Part shown: positions 44,060 to 57,567 of the stretch, in pieces | Numbering within the stretch: position 1 is the stretch's first letter | Layout: each line of letters starts with the position of its first letter | Assembly (NCBI RefSeq): GCF_009914755.1 | Contig: NC_060926.1 | Direction: 5' to 3' (one strand) | DNA length: 64,000 nucleotides | Source of the DNA: the human T2T-CHM13v2.0 reference genome, Homo sapiens | Position numbers and translations under genes: made by a program | The notes under the pieces: generated by a model | Database searches by the model: none | Told to the model about the DNA's origin: nothing | The model's input: the letters and a program-made list of their open reading frames with translations, nothing else

Positions 44060-47000
44060 TTTCTATGATTACCAGCTATTTATTTGTAAAGTTGAAATAA
44101 ATGCTATTCACAGTATTGATAGTAATCAGTAGTTTTTTTTTTTTTTTTTTTTTGAGACTTTTGGTCAGGAGTCTTACTTTCCTTTAAAAAATACCTCACA
44201 TATGTTTGAATGTAATTGTAAGATTTCCTTCTTGGAAAGATAACTAAAATGCAAGCTATTTTAAAGGTGGTACTTTCATAGAATTTTGTATCTAGAAGCT
44301 CAGAGGAGAAGTGGCTCACCTAAGGCCCCAATCCGAGTAGGTGACAGTCTCCATGGTGCCCCCGCCGCCACACTCATCTTCTCATTTTGCACAATGCATG
44401 ATTTTCAGTCCCCACAACAAATGCAAACCTTCCCGGGTCCTGGGGCAGTGTGGCTTGAGCAGGCGAAACCCCCGGAAGCTGCTGACTCTCTTGTGGCTGT
44501 TGCAACTTCTTTAGGTCTCTTGAGGAACAGTAAATATTCCACAGATCAGCTTCAGAGCAGACAGCATTCTGGCTGAGAAACAGATGATCTTCACTTTTAC
44601 TTATTTATTTCTCTCGCTCTCTCTCCTCTTCACTTCTCAAACTAAACATAGCAGCATTACATGTAGTCTTTGCTTTTAGGACTCAGCATTTTAGAGTCTG
44701 TAGGTCCATGCTCCTGATTACAGACTGGGGTCTGCAGCCCTCCAGTGATATTCCTCGGATTGCAGCCAGTTTCGCGGGGCCAGACCGGGACCCTGGGCCT
44801 GCTCTTCGGCCTTTCTCTGTGGTGTCTGCAGGCCTGACTGTCCCCTTAGCAGGGAAGGGAATTGCTCTGGGCCGTGGTCCAGCCCGTGGGACGGAGGTTC
44901 AGCCTCTTCCCCTTACTTGCTGCTGCCCAGGGAGCCCTTCCCCTCGCTTCCTCTCTTGTTCTGTTAGCTGGGGTTTCAAATTTTCTTTTCTTTGGATGGA
45001 AAACAAACAAAGAAAGTAAAACTAATGGGCTGAAGCCCTTCCTTGGGGAGAAACATTCATCCCTCAACGCTGAGAATAAATGGCCCTTGCTGACCCTAGC
45101 AGCACAGCCAAGGGCCGCCATCCCTGCCTGTTGCTGCACTTCCCCTCCCTTCTGCGCCATCCTGCAGTGGCAGGGACCCTGCCCTTCCTTGCGTCTGCCC
45201 CCGCTTCCTGCGCCCTGCTCTCCTGCCAGGCTGCCCAGGCTGGGGTGCCCCTCTCTGCAGGCTCCCACCCCTCAGCCTGGCTTGTACCTCTCAAGTCCTC
45301 CTCTTGTACTCCTGCTCCCTGGTAGGTGGATGCTATCAGAGGGCACAGTTTTCAAGGAACAAAAATGAACAGCACCATCTGCATCTCTTTGGCCCTCGCC
45401 TCTGTCTCCACCTTGCTCCTTGGGGCTCTCAGGCCCCCTGCCCCGAGGCTGGACCGCTGTTGGGAGTGTGGCACCAGTGGGTGGACTGCTTTCCATTGAG
45501 GGCAGCAGAACCCAGCCTTGTGTGTGTGTTTTAGCGCAGAGATCTTCAGATGAACTCATCTGAGGCCGACAGGCAAAGTAGCCCTGCACATCTGGGGCCA
45601 GGGATGGAGGCCGATGCTAAATGCCCCCCATGTCTCCTCAGCTCCCTTGCACCCTGATGAGCCCCTGCAGTGTCCTGCATAGTCCTTGGGCTAAGTGGAG
45701 CCGAGTATGGAACCCAGGTCTAAAATTGGGAATGGCTGTCCAGTGTCTGCGCATCGCCCCCTCCCCTATCTGGGAAACTCTGTGGTTGAGGAACCCCACT
45801 TACAAGGCCCCAGGCAGGCTGGCCTCTCCCCCAGAGTCAGGCACCAGTCTGATGGCCTGATGGCTCTGCTATGGAGGTGGGAGGGGAAAGGTCCTCCACC
45901 AACCTGGGGACTCTCCAACTGTCAAGGCAACAATCACTGTATTGAGTAGCTATTACTGCCCGCATTTTAAGGATAGGAACACTGAGGCCCAGGTGATCAA
46001 GTAATTTGTGTGTGGAGATGTGGGAATGAAAGCTCATGGTCTTCATCTGTAGCAGTGACTCCCGCAGTAAGCCTGGGTCATGAGGATGAGGCGGGATCCA
46101 GAATCTGCTGCTGGGGGCGGGAAGGATGCCTGGCTGATCCCTGTGCACCTTCGGGCCCTCCCTCAGCTCATTCCCCCTCTCCCATCACCTCACTGCTTGG
46201 ATTGTAGAAAAAATGAAAGGTTCATGCCTAGAGATGACCAATTTTGGGGTAGGAGCTGCGGGTGGAGCGGGGCCCATGACCTCTGTGTGGGAGAAGCTGG
46301 AGAGGGGCACGGGGCTGGCCAGGCTCTAAAAGGCACATGACCTTGTTTGCATCGTCACACTCCTTTTTTAGAAAACAATCTCTGCTGCATACAGAGGTTG
46401 GCTTTGTGCAGGGCCCCAGCAATCCTGGTGGTTCCTTCCTGCCTTTCTTCTCCCTTCCCTATTCTGGGTTTTTCTCCTCCCTGCTTCCCATTCTACCATA
46501 GGGGAATGGGGTCAAGTCTTTTGGATGGGAAACAGGAACTGAGAAGTTGAAGATGGAGAAATGAAAGACTAAAGATAGCAGGGTTTTAATTTTCCCTCTG
46601 AAAAGCCCAGGAAGAGCCCCGGATTGTGTAACCTGGACACATGCAAATGATGACCCTGCCCCTACTCTATCTGCTTCTCCGCCACCCTGGCCCTTCAGAA
46701 GATTCTGAAACAAGGAATTGGTTACCCAGGGTGGTTAGGGGGGTTGTGCCTGTGTCCCTGGTGAACTTTAGATTCTTGTGCCCCTGGTGAACTTCAAATG
46801 CTAGTGTGCTGGGAGCCGTATGACAGCCCCTTGGGGTGGCAGGAGCTGGCTTGTGTGGAGGAGAGCCACTGGCAGCTTTCTTGGTGAAGGGGTGGACAGC
46901 ACTCTTGGTGTGGAAGTAGCAGCCCCCTTGCCTGTAGCTGGGCTGGGGTTAGTGGAACAGGGTTTAGAGAAAGCAGGGGTAATGCCGGGTGGTTATTTTC

Positions 47001-47816
47001 CCCAAATGTTAGAGAAAGCCAGCGCTTCTGGCTCTGGAAGTGAGGCTGTTGGGAAGTGGGAGGGGGAGCACAGCTCTGGAAGCTGCCTTCCGTCCTCCCT
47101 CCATTGGCTGGAGCTCTCCCAGCATTTCATCGGTTCAAAGCCAAACACATGATTTTGGACAAGTCACTTAAACTCTTTGAGTCAGTTTCTTCTCCTTTAA
47201 GCTGGGGAAAGAGGTGGTGATTTCACAAGTGGTTGTAAATATTGCAGTAAAGATAATGGAAGTAAAAGTGCTCTGTGGAGTGTAAATTGCTGTATGGTAG
47301 TTGGAGTTGGGCCCTAGGTGTGATTTTAGAGTACACACCTACTGCTGCCTTGGTAACTTAAAAGTATTTATCTCAAATGCTAGTGAGCTGAGCTGAGTGG
47401 CACAGTAGGCCTTTCTTTCCCTGGGAGCACTCTGGGAGCTTTGGAGGTTGCCCAGTGCTGCCCCCAACCTTTAACAGTGTGGCCGAGTGTAGGAGGGAGG
47501 GGGCAGAGTTCCTTCTGGCTGGACTGCCACATGCAGGGGAGAGGCCCCGCTGGTGGTGTCCCAGGTGGGAGAGGGGCAGACCTGGGGTTACCTCAGTCAG
47601 GGTAGGTGAGGAGGGGATGGGTGGACACCCCGGTGGCCACTCCTACTCACCCCTGCACTTAAGACCTGGGGTTTCATGCCCTGCTCCTTTAACCCTCAGT
47701 GTTCAAGAGAGAGGCCAGTTGGACCAGAGCGCCTCACCCCACCATTTGCCATGTGCCCCTCCCCGTGGGGAGTCAGAAACACCTGAGCACACCAGGAAAA
47801 GTTTTGAAAAACAATG

Positions 47817-47935
47817 TTTTTAGAGACAGGGTGTTGCTACGTTGCCCAGGCTGGACTCAAACTCCTGGGCTCAAGCGATCCTCCTGCCTCAGCCTCCTCA
47901 GTAGCTGGGAATGATAGGCGCGTGCCATCATGCCT
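47817..47935 (-). mobile_element. FLAM-like Alu monomer
   Basis: Single ~120-bp monomer; AAGTTTTGAAAAA on both flanks. Confidence 0.8.
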
Positions 47936-48189
47936 GTATGAAGTTTTGAAAAATTTAAATGTTGATGGAAAAAAAAATGTATTAGTGGAAATGAAAGGCT
48001 GGTATAAGCTGTAAAGTCTTTTTGTTCTTAGAGATTTTTTTCTCATTCTAAACATTATCAGACCTGAAAAGTATTTGTCGTAATGACTGAGACGGTCCTG
48101 GGGTAACAGCGTCTTCTTAACGGCCACTTTAATTGGCGTAGTTTACACCTAGCCTCTCCGAGAACTGGAGGACACTGGTAATCACTATT

Positions 48190-48370
48190 AGATATTGAGT
48201 GCTGACTGTATGGCAGACACATAAGCATTGGTGATCTCCTGTGAGGCAGGTATTGTTATTCCCAATTTATAGATGAAGAAACAGAAGTCAGTGAGGTGGA
48301 GTCCGTTTTTGAGGTCACGCGGCTAGTAATTGGAGCCTGGTTTAGAACCAAGTCAGTCTCATTCCAGAAT
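48190..48370 (-). mobile_element. MIR
   Basis: GAGGCAGGTATTGTTATTCCCAATTTATAGATGAAGAAACAGAAGTCAGTGAGGT MIR core. Confidence 0.7.
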
Positions 48371-49699
48371 CCAGAACCAGTGATTTGTAACTGATGCACT
48401 TGTCTCCAAAGGGATCCAGCACTGGGTTTTCTCATTTTTAATGCATCCATTCCTTAAAGCCTCTGTTCACAGTCACAAGGTGTACTTTTTAAAGGAACAC
48501 AGCACACAAATGTGACCGCTAGTGGACAGCAGTGGCAGCCCAGTTGGATGGCAGAGCCTGGCATGCCGACTGGGACAGAAGCCCCAGCACACGGTGTGAT
48601 GATGGCGTCTCCAGGCTGACCTCCATGGCCTCAGGAATCAAAGTCCTCGGTCTCTTTCACGCGGGGTTCAGAAAGAAAACTCGGCTATCTTACATCTCCT
48701 CTCCCCTGTTTATTTGACTAAAGTGAAGTTCATGTGGCTTGAGCCTCGTTTCCTGGGGAAATCAGCCTGGCTTAGGATTCCATTGTCTTCTGGGACTGGG
48801 AAGATGTGGAAGGCTGACCTCACGCCCAGCTGAAGGTCACCTTCCCAGACTCTGAGCTCGGCTGCCTTCTGCATCGCCACGGCTGGAGGGCCTGGCCCAG
48901 GCCGTGGCTGCATGCTGGCTTTCCACTGTCTCGGTGTCCCTGCTGCCTGTCAGTAATGTGCCCAGCACCTTCTGGTGTCATGTCCCCTCTTGTTTGTGAT
49001 TCTTTTCCTGAGCTAGTCCATTTTCTACCTCGAGTCTGCTCTCCTGCCATTCCCAGGGGCCACAGCTCAGTAATGTGGGTGTCAGGGAACCCCAGGCCAG
49101 GCCCCCTTGTGCCACTGTGGCTCTCCCCAAAGCAGGGCACCAGGCTGGCTGGGGGGGTCCTGCCCAGAGCTGCCCCACGCTGCCGTGTTTGTGCTGCTGC
49201 TGTGCAGTGGTGATCTTGCCAAAATGTGGCTTTTCCTTTCTCACTCCCCCAGAGCTCCCAGAAAAGTCTCTAGGACTTTTCTTCCCCCTAAATAAAAGTC
49301 AGGATGTGAAGCCTTTTGACAGAATTGGAGTTTACTGTCATCTGTTTCCGTTTCTCTAAGATAGGGATCCTGGCGAAGCCCATGAAAGCCATGGGGCGCT
49401 CCCACCGAAGCCTCCGAGGCACAGACCTCCCGGGAGTGCCTGTGGGCGCTGCTTCCTTAAACTGCAGGAGGCTGCAGCCTCTTGTTGTTCATGCGTCGTT
49501 TTTTCATAGTGTGTGTGGGTTTAGAGCTACATGGGTTCTTTTCTCACTTATCTGTTCATACCGCATGACACCGTCCACTTCAGGCACAGTTGACGGCCGT
49601 CTGGAGGTCATCAGCTGAGGGCACAGTTTGCCTGGTTCTTCTATAATAGGTTAAGTATTTTTTTCTCCATTTTTTTCCCTTTTAAAAGTACTGCTAGAA

Positions 49700-50012
49700 G
49701 GCCAGGTGCGGTGTCTCACACCTGTAATCCCAGCACTTTAGGAGGCCAAGGCGGGCGGATCAGTTGAGGTCAGGAGTTCAATACCAGCCTGGCCAACCTA
49801 AGGAAACCTCATCTTTACTAAAAATACAAAAATTAACCAGGTATGGTGGTATGCACCTGTAGTCCCAGCTACTCAGAAGGCTGAGGTGGGAGGATCACTT
49901 GAGCCTTGGAAAGAGAGGTTGCAGTGAGCCAAGATCACACCACTGCACTCCACCCTGGGCAGTGAGTGAGACCCTGTCTCAAAAAAATAATAATAATAAT
50001 AATAATAATAAA
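49700..50012 (+). mobile_element. Alu (Sx/J) with (AAT)n tail
   Basis: Full Alu; TSD AAGTACTGCT(A/G)GAA. Confidence 0.93.
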
Positions 50013-50517
50013 CACAAGTACTGCTGGAACTTCTTTGCAGAAACAACTTGTGGGGAAGGAGGGAGGTATATTTTAGTATTTGGCCTTGGGAAAAGGTTTT
50101 GCTTCTGCAGGCATGTCTTCCAGAGACTGGGGGGGCCCGTGCTGGCGTCACCACTGTCCCCTTCCCCATCAGGAACCTTCCTTCCTTGGATGGCATTTCC
50201 AGTGTGTCCGGGCCTCTGCTGTTCTCATTATGAGTCCCCAGCTCTGACGGCCACTGTGGCTGATGCACAGGGTGTTGGAGACAGTGATTCAGCCCAGCAG
50301 GCTGTATTCATGTGCTGTTCCTCTGTACACCCAGAGCTGTCTTCTCGCTCATCATTTATTAATCTTTCCCATGCAAGTCATACGTGAATATATCCTTGTG
50401 GTAAAGTTTTCAGGTGATAGCGAAAACTCAGTCTCCTGTCACCGTCTTCTCTCCTCATCTAGGTGCGCGCTATAACTAAGTCCTTTGCCTCTTCCAGAGT
50501 TTTTTTCTCCCTGTGTA

Positions 50518-51160
<643 letters not shown>

Positions 51161-51498
51161 AGTTTTGAGTATTTTTGTTTTATTGTTTAATCTGTCCCTT
51201 TGACACATTTTTGTGCTCAGAGTTAAAGACCTCAATACCCTGCTTGATGGGAGGAGAAGAGAAAAGGGTAACAAAGTATAGGATAGTACTTTTCATTTTC
51301 TTTAATTAGAAAAAATTATCAAATAATGTATTCATGTTAATGATAGTTTAAAAGTGGGAAAACAAAAAATTCCTCCAACTTTTCCTAAGACAACAATGAT
51401 TATTTTCTTTCTGTATCTTTATATACAGAGTTTTAAGTGTTTGATATATCACTTGTCTATCCTCTTTTATAAGTATTTTTTTCTTTGCTTTTACAATT

Positions 51499-51525
51499 TG
51501 TGTGTGTGTGTGTGTCTGTGCGTGT
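51499..51525. repeat. (TG)n microsatellite
   Basis: TGTGTGTGTGTGTGTGTCTGTGCGTGT. Confidence 0.85.
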
Positions 51526-51555
51526 AATGGATTTAATAAACAAGCTTGTGATTTT

Positions 51556-51870
<315 letters not shown>

Positions 51871-51897
51871 CATAAGCTTGTAATTTTCTATTTCTGA

Positions 51898-52232
<335 letters not shown>

Positions 52233-52924
52233 TTGCCTTTTCATCTTCTGCAGAGCTGCCTTACTTGTGTTTTGTCCTCAGTGCTGTTCCTGTGCGGGTG
52301 GTGGGCGTCTGCATGTACACAGGCCAGCTTCCCTCACTGCTGGGGGGCCTGCAGGTCTGGGTGCACCTTGTTACCCAGGCTAGCCTTCCTCTGCAGAGGT
52401 GTGAACTCTGCCACCACCCCGTTCTAGTCAAGATGGGAATGGAATCTCAGAAAGGAAGCCATCTAGGAGAAAAATGAAAGAAGTGTTTCTCTTATGTTTG
52501 CTGCCGTCAAAGTTGCTACTTTAGGAGCTCAGAAAAACAGTTATTTGTAAGATGGATTAAGTAAGTAGTTTAGTAAGATTGCCCAAAACCACCTCCCAGA
52601 GTTAGTGGGAAGCGCCTGATGCTGGGGAGAAAAGCCCGAGGCCTGAGCTGGCCGACCTGCATTCAGTTTCCTCTGTCTCTAGCTTCTCTCTGATGGTTTA
52701 GAAATGGTACTAAGGGATTCCTAAGTCCCTTTTGCTTCCTGTGGTCAACCAACATGCTAGGCTAATAAATTACTCCTGAAGTTCACTTTCATTTTGGCAA
52801 CATTTTCTGGTTCTTTCGCCAACTCTAATTTCTTTTCTTTAAAAGATGCTTTAATTTTACTTGTATTCTTAATAATATATCTTATATATACACACACATA
52901 GCATTAAAAATTTTTTCAATGAGA

Positions 52925-53372
52925 TTTTTTTAAAAAATTCAACTTTTATTTTAGATCGGGGGGTACATGTGTAGGTTTGCTACGTGGGATATATTGCATG
53001 ATGCTGAGTTTTGGGGCATGATTGATCCCATCACCCAGGTACTGAGCATAGTACCCAACAGTTAGTTTTTCAGCCTCTCTCCACATCTCTCCGCTCTCTA
53101 GTAGTCCCCAGTTTCTATTGTTTGTTTCTTTATGTCATGAGTACTCAACATTTAGCTCCCACTTATAAGTGAGAACATGCAGTGTTTGTTTTTTTGTTCC
53201 TGTGTTGATTTGCTTAGGATTAGGGCCTGCAGCTGCATCCATGTTGCTGCAGAGGACATGATTTAGTTCTTTTTTATGGCTGCGTCATATTCCATGGTGT
53301 ATATGTACCACATTTTCTTTATCCAATCCACTGTTGATGGGTACCTGGGTTGATTCCATGTCTTTGCTATTG
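52925..53372 (-). mobile_element. L1PA15/16-like 3'-end fragment
   Basis: GGGTACATGTGTAGGTTTG..CCCATCACCCAGGTACTGAGCATAGTACCCAA..TTTAGCTCCCACTTATAAGTGAGAACATGC. Confidence 0.85.
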
Positions 53373-53403
53373 ATACAAATGACATTTAAAGAATGATTAT
53401 GAA

Positions 53404-53711
53404 GGCCACGTGCAGTTTCTCATGCCTGTAATCCCAGCACTTTGGGAGGTCAAGGTGGGTGGATCACTTGAGGCCGGGAGTTCGAGACCAACCTGCCTAA
53501 CATGGTGAAACCCCCGTCTCTACTAAAAATACAGAAATTAGCTGGGCGTAGTAGTGCACACCTGTAGTTCCAGCTACTCAGAAGGCTGAGGCCTGAGAAT
53601 CGCTTGAACCCAGGAGGCAGAGGTTGTAGTGAGTCGAGAATGCACCACTGTACTCCAGCCTGAGCAACAGAGCAAGACTCTATCTCAAAAAAAAAAAAAA
53701 AAAAAAAAAAA
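53404..53711 (+). mobile_element. AluS
   Basis: Full Alu, long A tail, TSD AAAGAATGATTAT. Confidence 0.94.
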
Positions 53712-54830
53712 GAATGATTATAAAGCCTGGTTTTGGCCAGCACTCCAAGCGCGCCCCGCAGGCCTGTCCCATCGTAACGCCCTCAGAAGCTGCCCCTGCC
53801 CTGACTGCAGCCCTCAGCTTGCCTCAGTTTGTAGTTTGCCAACAAGGTGTATATCCCTAAACATAAACAATTTAGTTTGGCCTGTTTTTGAACTTTTTAT
53901 ACTGCATGTATTCTTTTGCTCAACATTTTTGTCAAGTTCACTTGTGTTGTGGGGTAAGTTTGTTCTCTTCCGTTGCTGTGTAGCATTCTGTTGTACGAAT
54001 GTCCATCATCAGTTTATTCATTTTACCATCGACATTTCGGTTTATCCAGTTGGGGGCTGTTTTGAGGAGTGTTAGGACAGCCTGTCCATGTCTTCTGTTG
54101 TGGATGTATATTTACTCTGAGTAATTTTAATTTTTTAAGATAATACCAAAACACGCCCTTCTCATCTGTCCTTAGGCACACACTTTCCTCAGCTGTGACT
54201 TAGCTCAGACGTCTATTTGATCTTAATTCTTAGCGACACCTGCTATTCTTCAGGCCTGGCTTTATTCCCACAAGGGGGGAGGTTCGTTATTGCTCTGGCT
54301 TTAAACGGAGCCCACAGGTCACAGTGCAAGTCTACGCTTCCCAAAAGGCTTCTGGAAATATTTGACACTGTCATTAATGCTCTCTGTTACTTTCTGAAGA
54401 GTCGAATGCGTGGTGAGACAAAGCTGCCATCTGAATGTCTGTCTGACTCTTCTTGGCAAAGCCACCCTGGGGGCACGGACCTGGGTGTGTTTTGTTTTTT
54501 GTTTTGTCTACTGTCTTTCAGAAATGTCCCTTCTTCTCAGGCTGGCCTTTCGTCCGTGGAACGAGGGGAGAGGAGATAGGACGGGAGAGCGGAGCATGCT
54601 AGGGCTGCCTGAGTGCTGCAGGCCTCTGCTCTCCCCAGGGCAGCATCTTCGGGTTCTAAGAAGGAAGCCAGCCTCTTCCCACCCCTGCTGGTTCGCATTG
54701 AGAACTCAGGGTGCTGGGGACAAACCGGTGCTGTGCTGCCTGCAGTGTGGGCTCCCTGTCAGGGCTGGGAGGAGTGGGGTGCAGGGGCCGCTGGTGCTGT
54801 GGGAGGGGCATTTTGCATGGATCCTTGAGG

Positions 54831-55090
54831 CCAGGGCTCAGCAAACCTTTTCTGTGAGGGGCCAGAGATAGTAAATATTTTAGGTTTGGCGGGCCTCAAG
54901 GCGGTATGTAGGTACTTACATAAGAGAGGTGATAAATATCTACAAATTTTTTATTAATGAAATTCAAAATATAAAAATAATAATGGAGTACAATTTTTTG
55001 GTAATGCAGGTCTCCTAAGGGGAAGAGAGGAATTATTTTGCGGGGGGGAGGGGGCGCGCATAACATTTATCTTAATTAATTTGGGTTCAG
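54831..55090. mobile_element. hAT-Charlie (MER58/Cheshire-like) fragment
   Basis: CAGGGCTCAGCAAACCTTTTCTGTGAGGGGCCAGA..TAGTAAATATTTTAGGTTTGGCGGGCC end motif. Confidence 0.6.
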
Positions 55091-56416
55091 TTGGTCTTTC
55101 CTGTGACCCTGTCCTTGCATTCATTGGAAATGTTCGTCTGGAAACACCCTTAGCTCACGGTTGGATAAAAGCTGTCCCGCAGGCCGTGTGTGCCCACCCT
55201 GAGCCAGGTCATCTCCTCAGATAGTGGGCTTGGCCCGCACCATTCAGCCTGTGGTGACACAGGATGGAGGCCCTGTAGGGTTCTGTGGGGGACCAAGAAG
55301 AGGTAGAGGAGCCCCCACATGGAGGAGGGTGGCCATGGGGTGATGTTGATGCTGAGCCCACGGGGGAACCATGGCCAGGGCCTCCGGGTGACCCCAGAGG
55401 TGGTGGCACCGCCCTCAGGCGGTACAGTGGGGCCCATGAACGGAGGAAGAGAAGCATGGGGTTGGGGACATTCAGAGGCCACTGTGCTGCCTGGGTGGCT
55501 GTAGCTCTTGCAGAAGGTGGCAAGGCCTGAGGAACTGAATTTGAAATTTGAATGAATCTTTATAGAAACATTCCTCTGTGGCTACCCTGTTGGACAGCAC
55601 AGGTGTGGAAAATGAGTGAACAGCTTTGTGGTGGTCTCTCCTGTGGTGGACTTCCCTTACCCACAGTGTGCACCGTCCCCACTGTCCCCACACACTGTCC
55701 CCGTCCCCTGTCCTGGCTCCAGCTCAGCTGAGCAGCAGAGATTGGAAGAGGCCCCTCGGTAACTTGAGAGGAACCTATAGAAGAGTTTGGGAACTCCAAA
55801 CAGATGCTTTTAAAGTGGTTTGAAACAGTAGTTTTCCTCAGAAATATTTGGGACACATCCCCCTCTCTGGTTTTTGTGATAAGTTCACTCTGTAAAACTT
55901 GTTTGACAAACTGAAGGTCAGCTTCCACCTGGCCCCTGAGAATTAATGAGGTCTGGCCAGGCGGCAGCTGCAGTGCAGGCCCTGCTCCTGTCTTGGGGTC
56001 TCTTCGGTTCTTGCCTTTGTTTGTGTTTTTTACACATAAGTTCCCGTGAAAGTTGCTTTTCCCCCGCTCTGAGCTGGAGTGGAGTTTTCGTTTGGGGAGC
56101 ATGGTAGTTGAGAGCCTGGGTCTGGTTAGAATTCTCAGCCTGATGGGTAGACATCTTTGCTTCCTCGAGACTCAAGCTTTGTTATTTTTTGTTGCTCTAA
56201 GATTTCAGTATTTTTTTTTTAATTTTTGATTATTGTGGGTACGTGGTATATATTTTTATGGGGTACATGGGATATTTTGATACAGGCACGCAGTGCATAA
56301 TAATCACATTAGGGTAAATGGGGCTTCCATCACCTCAAAGCATTTAGCCTTCTTTTGTGTTACATCTCAATTATACTCTCTTAGTTATTTTTGAATGTAC
56401 AATAAATTATTGTTGA

Positions 56417-56898
<482 letters not shown>

Positions 56899-56907
56899 CT
56901 GTTTTCA

Positions 56908-57567
56908 TTTTTTTTTTATGGCTCTTTTCAGTTTATTTCATGAAGGAGTTACACTAGTCCAAGTTAAAAGCGGACCCCAAATGGTTACATTATACAAGCT
57001 GTGAGGTTTTTAAACTTGTGACAAGGGACAGAAGGGAAATTCTACTCATTGCAAGGAAATCCTCACTTAAACTACAGTGAGCCACAAGCATTTAAACCCC
57101 ATGAATCTTCAGCTGATCATCCTTAGCCAGTCCAAGCTCTACGAGGAACTGGCATAATATATGTTCTTGCACCTGTCACCCTGTAGCTGAATTACTTCTC
57201 CATATTCTGGATGCTCAATTACAGTACCATTGCAGGCAAACTTCTTAAACGCCTTCACTGGTTTCTTTTTGGTGTAATCATCAGCGATCCCTTGGACAGT
57301 AGTAAGGGCCTTCCTGCCGTTTCTCTGTTGAATTCTTATATGGATATAATCCTCAGTGCCAGCAGGAAGCAGGTCATCACCCTTACTTGCATCAGCAAAG
57401 GAGTTTAAAGAGTGGAGGTTCTGGATAGTGGACATACGATCCAATTTCTTTTTCTCGGTGGAAATGGTCTGCGGAAGACGGCGGGCAGAGGGTACGGAAA
57501 GTAGGGAAGCGACGGGGCCCAAGGGGGAGGCTGCTGAGTCCTCGGCAGTGGCTCAGTGACTGGGGTG
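56908..57567 (-). pseudogene. EIF1: Processed pseudogene of eukaryotic translation initiation factor 1 (EIF1/SUI1)
   Basis: Intronless; ATG at 57435 gives MSTIQNLHSLNSFADASKGDDLLPAGTEDYIHIRIQQRNGRK..GEVIQLQGD; a 5-nt insertion after KNI frameshifts to a stop at 57139 (parental-frame TAA at 57092-57094); AATAAA at 56937-56932, A10 tail, GC-rich 5'UTR, TSD. LHS/ASKG/LAKDDQLK residues favour EIF1 over EIF1B. The symbol given is the parent gene. Confidence 0.96.
56932..56937 (-). promoter_or_regulatory. Polyadenylation signal AATAAA of the EIF1 retrocopy
   Basis: TTTATT on +, 14 nt before the genomic poly(A). Confidence 0.85.

Noticed and set aside
57436-57522. N-terminal extension of the EIF1 ORF shown in the ORF track (127 aa)
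   Set aside because: It starts at TTG within the copied 5'UTR; the parental start is the ATG at 57435
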